From NCBI GenBank assembly GCA_000934665.2, contig KZ538685.1, forward strand, positions 1 to 53,917: DNA of 53,917 nucleotides, given 5' to 3'. The stretch is from Catajapyx aquilonaris. Lineage: Eukaryota. Positions 46,301-53,917 of the stretch are shown here, piece by piece. The translations under genes were made by a program, and so were the position numbers. Below the pieces are notes generated by a model. It saw only the letters and a program-made list of their open reading frames with translations. It was not told the DNA's origin and did no database searches. Position 1 is the first letter of the stretch. Every line of letters starts with the position of its first letter.

Positions 46301-49300
46301 TAACCGAGAATGCATTTGCATGAAGCCGCGTCGCGTCGTTCTTTACGGGACAAATTGATTCAGCATGAGCTGAATGAATATCGAGCCCTAGGAAAACAGG
46401 ATCGTTTCACCTATCAAACTTAGTTTCGCAGCCTTTTCAAACCAAGACTGTCGACATGGAAACAAAATGCTGTTACCTAGATGTGGGCACAATATCGAAT
46501 TGAAAAAAATTGCGAGGTACGGATACGAATTCCCCTTTTTGTGGCCTCTCCCGCGTCCTATTGTTCTCGGCGGCTATTGTTGCATATGCGAAGCCCCGTC
46601 TGTGATGTAGCTGTGTTCCCAAATGTAACCCTCTCAGCAACAGCCATCCACCCGAAAACTTATGGTTCGCTCAATTCGGAATATACTAACACGGATAGTT
46701 TGGTCTGCTGCTCAAGCAAAGTATACAAAACTGAGCGGATTATACGCATTGCAGAACCCTTTTGGTGGTCCTGGAAACGTTCCGTGACCCCCCATGCAGA
46801 TTGACAGCTATCATACCCGTTACATCAGCAGGGAGGCCGTGACGGTACGAGACACAGAAAAACATGGACTGCACTCGGCCTCTGACTCGCAGAAGTAATG
46901 ATTAATGGTGCTCCCTATTGGAGCCGAATACCCTGTTCAAAATTCGACTCGCGACTGAAGCTCCAATATCCCAAACGTTATAACTGTCACTCCATCTCAC
47001 GAAGGCATCGAAGGAAGAAAATCCCTATCATAGGAAAAAAAAGTATTTCTTCCAATATATTTTTCTTACTCCCATACATGTATGGAAAGAGAGAAAAAGA
47101 AAACCGAGCCCTTTTAAAAAGCCCGGGATGCATGTCCCAAATCCCGCACCCTTCGGAATAATTTCCCAGCTCCGGGGGCCAAACTGCAGAGGGGGCTCGG
47201 ATCCAGGGGCCAGATCGAACTTTTGCCTCGTTACTTTGCCCATTTGGAGCCAAGCCAGAGCCCGGTCCTAGCAACTTAGGACCAACAATCCACTTCCTGG
47301 CGCTTACTATTTTGCAAACACGGTGGTGCGATTCGGTTGCAGGAAATGCGTCCAGAGGTTTACCATCCATCATGTTACGGACCGAGTGATTCTTGAGAAA
47401 CAAATCAGACGCATAGGTGCAGACAGTGAATATCGATTCTTGCATTACAATTTTCGACCGGTCCGCAGGAAAAGTGGCCTGAAGTTTCGAACTTTGCTCA
47501 GGGGCTTATTGGAAGTGGTGTTTGATCAAAGATATATACAGGGCCGACCTTTCATGAAATTCGCACCTTTGTTTGTACAGGGAGAAACACTGTAATAAAT
47601 TCTCTTCAGAATGTCCTCCGGGGATCAATGTACCTTGCAGGTCTCAGTGCAGCAAAGTTCTGAACTCCTGGGGTATTTACAATTGATTAATTTTTTCCCC
47701 AGTATACGAAGTGTCTACGAAATGTCAGGTTTCGTTCTCGTCAACCACCTCGAGCACAAGTGCCAGAACTTTACGTACCCGGTAGCACTATAAGTGTGTT
47801 CCATAAATTAAGTGGATGGATAGTTTTTATTAAGACTGGCAGGTTATTACTTATGCCAGGAGGTTGGAGGTATTTTCATGTCCATCGTCTGGAGGAAAAA
47901 TGTCTTGACAGGTAATATGCCTCAAATTGGGTTATTATATCAATAGAGCCACTGCAGGCGTGCCCTTTCCTGCCTCTGACGGGTTTCGAAGGTGGAAGTT
48001 ATATGATACCATAGACGTCTCTCCTTTTACCATTACAGAGTACACTTAGAGCAGCATGAAAGGATGACCCCCATCTGTTAGAAGGACGCTGCAGGCCGCA
48101 AAACTTTCAGACGACTTGACAACAACTCCGAAAACGTTTCACGAGTCTGACTTCACATCGATCGCACTTGTGGGTCACTTGGTTAGTCCACTAGGTGCGA
48201 CAGATAATTGACCGCCAATTAGCGGACATGACTGACTGGAATAGCGATTAGTCCGTGTGAACAAATTTCCCCTGGATAAAAGCATTCCGCTGGGTGTAGT
48301 AGTTCCTCGGCGGAATAATCGTATCCTGACCATGGGTCCGGTGAAGGTCGCCAACGACATTCAACAGGAGACCTTATCTTTTGACAGCTGTGGAGTATAC
48401 TTTGAACACAGTGGTATTGGACACTCCTATAAACCGGGCCATTTCTATGTTGGATGAATTCTGGGACCAGCGATTAACCTATATTGGCCTTTACGAGGCC
48501 ATATTCTGTGGATGGCACACCACTATGGCGCATGTGGTATGGGGGGAAAAGAAGAGTTCAATTTTTGCTAATAACGTCGGTATTCGCGTGCAAAAATTTC
48601 AATTTCATAATAATGTGAGTGGTATTTCAAGTTTTCATAGTGAGTGGGTCAATAAGGCTATCCCCATCAACAATGTATTTTCGATCGCCACAAATTGTCA
48701 CGACCGGAGCGCGGCGGCCCCTGTCATGTACAGTATAGAAAGAGGTATGGCAATATCATTCGACTGCGACGAAGCGATAGTCAGCCACTTTTGATGCAAC
48801 GACTTGTAGCTATATGAGAAAGTGTCCTTTGACATTGTGAAATTGACTGAGCCAACAAAAGGCGCTATTTTGCATCCATTCCAATGCAAGATCTGAGTTC
48901 AAATACTTGTGATGCCATCCATCCATGCTTCACTCAAAAAACCCGCTTTCTGTGAGGTTTCTCAAGGTGCAAACAAGTATAGACTACTGTATACACGCTT
49001 TTACGACGTATTCACAATTATTTAAAACAACATGAAAGAGTTAATATAAAAACTCTGAAAGTAACAGCTCGATTGCAAAAAGCTGTCATTTTGTAGGCTG
49101 CAATATTGTGCTACTTTCTCGAGAAGGCTTTTCCGAACTATTTCGCTTTTGCAATCGCATTTTGCAGGCCTACATTCCATCCAAGCAGTGCTTGAAGGAT
49201 ATAGGCAGATGAGTACCAGCAGCAGGTGTATCCTCCAGTGTATATGGCCTGCTGCATGAAATTTCATACAGGATATTGATCGAATACGTAGGGCGCCTCT

Positions 49301-50736
49301 CTCTGCGTTTGCCTTTTCTAACCCAGAAACATAACACTGCACGCTGAAAATAGGCTTTTTCCTACAACTTATGTCGTTACTTCGGGAAATCAGAAGTATA
49401 GCTTATCATCCTTTTCAATAATTGCAGCTTCCATTTATCATTCTTGCACAATAATTTCATGCATCGGCGAACATACAATCCAGCAGAAAATTAATACGCT
49501 TAGCAGCTGGATTATAAGCAATTTCATAATGTAGGAACGGACTCTATAATTTGCTTTCTATTGGAGCTTGTCGCTTTGTTCAAAATAAGTTATTTCCTGC
49601 GCCGTCCAACAGCATGCAAAGGTCGGCAGTTCGGAAAATTCAAAGTGACGAATGACTTTTTCGACACTGGAGCTCAATATCACAAAATGTAATGGCCGCC
49701 TATAAATCCTGCATTAAACAATGCCTGTTTTTCCGTAATAAAAAAATATTCGCAGGCTTTAATCTTCCAAACAAATTTTAACTCCTCTTCACAATGGTTT
49801 TATCGCGGTGTCACTGTAAATAATTATACTGTATAAATAACCCGAACGCAACTTGCATACTGATGATAGCAAGTGTTTAATTGCCGCACTGCAATTAAAT
49901 GACACTAAAACATTCAATGGTAACAATAATTACCCATTCAATGTAATGACACCTATTCTACCAATCAATATACTGGACAGCTTCCATCCAAAAACCAAAC
50001 ATGTAGTGACCCAACAGTTTCAAACTATTTTTTCAACACTTTAATAGTTTAATTACTACACTGACAGTCGGACGTGCGGGACAAAATAATCCGGTTAGTA
50101 TACTTTGACACGCTGCAAGTTATAGCTGGGAATTTAGCCAGCACCGCCCACTCGCACATTCACACCCAGGGGTAGTGACAATAACCCGCTTATTAATTAG
50201 AATTTTAAAATGCTCCCCCCTAAACTCCGCCGAAAAAATGTTCTTTGATGTGTTAACAGCCTGTGACAAAAAATTAATAACAGCCCCAGGCATTGTAGTC
50301 GTGGCCCCTCATTAATTGCTCCCTGCCAGAAAACTTGTGCGACTTTCATCGGTCCAAAGTTTTGCCCCTAGGCTGCAAGAAAACGCAGGGTTTAAAATAT
50401 TAAAAACCGTAGCCAGGTCGGTCCTGATGAAGAAGCCGCCGCTTGGCACATAGTTTCAGGACTTGCAGTGCAGCACAAGCGGCTTAAGTCTGCACTTAAT
50501 CCCCTCAAGTCGACAGAGTACATGCGCGCCGACAGACAAAACCCGGATTTTATTCCCACCCTGTGAAAGAGGACGACAGGGAGGGGGGGGGGGGTGCCCG
50601 GATTATCACCGCGACAAACACCCACACCCGGACCTGTCAATACCCATTTGCTTGGGCAGACACTCGCTGAAACAACTGACACAAGCACTGGTCAGTTCGG
50701 CCGAAATTACTACAGATGCCATTATTAGAATACCTA

Positions 50737-50820
50737 CAGAGTGAGTCACATTTTTCGCCCCTATACTGGTGGCCATTCTATAGCGAGCGGCCAGATGACC
50801 TGAATATATGACTCACCCTG
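50737..50820. mobile_element. Tc1/mariner-like MITE (84 bp)
   Basis: TA|CAGAGTGAGTCACAT ... ATATGACTCACCCTG|TA: 15-bp TIRs with 2 mismatches, TA flanks and a CAGGGTG-type terminus. Confidence 0.65.
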
Positions 50821-52770
50821 TATATTGGTTTCTGCCCACTTCGAAAGCCCTTTCGGCTGAGCCAGCACAGGCCGAGGACTGTCGCTGAATGGGCTTAATC
50901 TCTCATTCTCAGATCGGTAGAGATTGCTCTGCTACTTGGGGACCCTCTTGGCTTCGGGTTCTTGGTAGCTATTTGCTGGATTATTGATTTCGGCTACAAC
51001 TGTGCTCCGATTTACACTATGGGAGGTACGGGGGGCGACGTAATCTCGGTGTCTCGTTTCACCCGTGAGAAGAATGCGGGGCTTGACCTGCCAAGGATGT
51101 CGCCCGTTGAAATTAGGTCCTACGCTGCGGTCATTACAGGACATTGTTTTTGGCCAGACACCCGGCGTAGATCCCGAATCTATCCGCATCGGTAATCGAA
51201 ATATTCCCACATTACGAATGCACGAATGTTCGACATTTGGTAGGAAACTTGCATGTGTACTCCTCCTTCCTGAATAAATAAAAGTTTGTGGAGCGAGAGG
51301 CTTTCTACAGCTGCAGACTTGTCCAGCTCAGACTACATCTCCTAAGCGCAAACAGCAAACACACAAACACAAAGGGCCCATTGTCCGAAGTTCCTTAAAA
51401 ATTTAAGCCTGCTGCTGGTACACCTGAATATACCAGCGCATGAGAAGGATGGTTCTGAGAGAGGCCCGGATAATCGGAGCCTGTTCTGGAGTGAACTTGT
51501 CAACTTTAGTTGCCTTGGGGCTCTAGTTTGAACCTGATGAATATTAAATTCTCCGTAGATTTCCCCTACTTACGACAAAAAGTTTTCGTCGAACGTATGG
51601 CGATGTAGCCTGCAGCCATCAGCAGTTGAGCAAACTTCTTTTCCCTCCCTAACTTTCACCTTGCTCGAGTGCTTACGGTTGTACAACGCCTTGAAACGAT
51701 CATGAGAATGTAGGATATGTGGACAAAAAATACCGATAATATGGCGGACTATCAGCCAATTTGCAAGCTTTTAGCCACTTTATCCGGGCCCATCACCAAC
51801 CTCGCCCTCCAAATTAGCTCAAAATGTGCCAAATAACGTGCATGAGGTGGACGCATGGGTTAATTAGGCACAATAACAGTTACTCTGCAAGGGTGTAACG
51901 AGCAAATAGCCTAGCTTCTGATAACTTTGTCCACGCCTTGACATCTCACACGGCAGCCGCAATACCATGGCTGCACAAGTTTATTACTTCCTCACTCAGG
52001 TCCACTTACTAACACCTCATGCCGCATTACACTAATGAAGATAATTTCACTAACCCCCTCTTATCTACACGTAACTGGTACGTCATAAAGTCGCCGTCTT
52101 GAATTTCACTACCTGCAAGTCACGCGATCTCGAGATAAGTCGGCGGGAGGTTAAATGACGGACGGTGTACACGCGACACCGACCTCGCATGTCAGGAGGC
52201 AATACACACGGTCCACACTGAAAGTGCTCAACAAGTAACAAATCGCTGTGTACACTTCTCTTTTTTTTTATTTGACCAGCGAGTTATTCGTCTTCCTAAC
52301 GTGAATCCTACCGACAGAATGACAGCTTTGCCTTGTACAAGCAGTTTTCTCTCTTTTTTTTTGGAAGCCGTATCGTGACGTGGTGTCAGGCATCACGCGA
52401 TGCCAAGTTTTCATTTCGCAACTTTGCACAGTTTGACTCCCGAAGTTCTTCTCAGACCTTTTGGGGAATCGGCTGGAACAAAAAACCGGGTTGATTGCCT
52501 CAGTATAGTAGAGCCAGATTGGAGAGCAATGTTCGCTCCTGAACACTAGGTAACCCATCAGGCTCTCTTGTTCACCCTGTTGCGCCGAGTTCAGGGGCTA
52601 CAAGGCTTATTATCATCAAATTTTTTATAACACCTGAACTCCAATAAGTCTGCGCATAGCTAAAACTGACCACTCCATAGGTTGAACTTGGTTCTGAAAA
52701 ACTTTCCAAGGTGTGGTCAATTCCTTGTCTTTCTTCCAAGTGTTTCTTTTTTTTCCTTTGAGATGCTCAC

Positions 52771-52837
52771 CCGCTCCCGTTTCCGCGCCCCGGGCACCTT
52801 GGTATATTACACCGCCGGCTTCCGTGACTTCGCCCAT
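52771..52837 (-). CDS. Candidate distal alternative first coding exon of the KCC gene (MGEVTEAGGVIYQGARGAETGA-G)
   Basis: Good Kozak context (GTCATGG), GC-rich codons, and a phase-1 donor CGG|GTGAGC that matches the phase-1 acceptor of KCC exon 27167. No homology recognised. Confidence 0.35.
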
Positions 52838-53917
52838 GACGTGCTGGCAATTTCGGCCGTACAATACACTTAGAATGTCCTGCGCCGTTAATCTGGCGGC
52901 CACTTGTGACGCTAATAAAATTAGCGTTGAAGGTGTGCCACTGGCATGTCTTCCAAAATCTGACAACACTTGATGGAAAAGGTGTGGGAACGACACTGAC
53001 GGGCGTGTTAAGTGCTTTTGTGAGTGTTCGTATAAATCAAACCTCCTGTTGTGTCGCTCTAGGAACACCATCCCACAATGTCGGAGAAGAAAAAAGAAGA
53101 AAACATCGTCCGACTGTATACAGTTCCCTAATGCCAATTGGGTTACAGCGAAGGTCGTCACACGCTTCTGATTAATTCGATCACGTGTTAATGTTGCCGG
53201 AACTTAAGCAACTTCAGGAGGCTCAGAGACACAGAAGAGAGTAATTATATGAATTAGTCTGTCAGGTCCTATGGAACTTGCATGCCACCAGAACTAGCCC
53301 GCACTAAATTAGCATATTGCGACCGGTATTAAAGCCTATATAAAAGCAATCCCACTATGCTCGCAGGGATTAGTGCGTGTAAAATTCTATTATAGTAGGG
53401 CTACAATATACTGTATAGAGTATGCTATGTGTAGACTATACAGTTTACACTTTACAGTATGTAAAAGGCAAAGGTTGTGTGTGCTGTGTTGTGTTCCTAA
53501 AATGGGTATGAAACCCAAATATAAATTACCACATGTGTCAGCAATGACCCTGTGTTGCAAAATACATTGAAATAATTGACGCTAGATGCAAAGGGTGTGA
53601 TTTGTTACGTTTATGATTGGTTTTTTAATAAAATACCCTGACCCCAAATACAGTGTTGCCAGACCCAGAGATGAGGTTATCCCTAAATACACGGGGGAAA
53701 AGTCCCTAATTGTCCCAAAAAATCCCGGTACATATAGTGCGGGGCGCAAAAGCCCGCCGCAGGCGAAATTTTTTGGGGGGTCAAGGTCACACAAGCTTAT
53801 AGTCGAGCTGGGGTGTTTTGGGATGCGTAATGCAGCATTTATGCGGCGTGCAGATCTTCATTTGTTGTGTCACTAAGAGAGGGGGAGAGGAGAGCGTGGA
53901 AAGAGAGAGAGAGGGGG

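Noticed and set aside
42500..51560. Hammerhead ribozyme cores at CTGATGA/CTGACGA sites (about 42503, 44910, 50424, 51534)
   Set aside because: None is followed by a proper stem II and GAAA.
53651..53780. hAT MITE starting CAGTGTTGCCAG
   Set aside because: Only one TIR-like end is visible and no partner was found inside the window.

Overview
Eukaryotic (animal, arthropod-like) genomic DNA with spliceosomal introns; it is not prokaryotic and there is no CRISPR array, operon, tRNA or rRNA gene. I reconstructed four intact multi-exon genes by hand from splice signals and frame continuity: FAHD1 (- strand, 3 exons, 218 aa), head-to-head with SNRNP27 (+, 3 exons, 176 aa); mitochondrial methionine aminopeptidase METAP1D (+, 2 coding exons, 328 aa); and a convergent K-Cl cotransporter of the SLC12A4-7/kcc family (-, 14 exons, about 1103 aa, 17490-37946). 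The KCC gene has a clear minor-spliceosome (U12-type) last intron, a candidate 19-aa cassette exon and a candidate distal alternative first exon near 52.8 kb. The window also holds a complete young tRNA-derived SINE (10-bp TSD, A16 tail), several MITE-like or palindromic elements, microsatellites, a 110-N gap, and an orphan CpG-rich promoter-like region at about 7.5-8.0 kb that may drive an unannotated leftward transcript. By eye, CpG is depleted across about 0.1-23.4 kb except at promoter islands and is abundant beyond that. I found no convincing novel multi-gene system. The best leads are the U12 intron, a natural Ser at the FAHD1 T192 position, overlapping PP1/SPAK docking motifs in the KCC tail, and the orphan promoter with a hairpin-spanned splice donor and a possible micropeptide.
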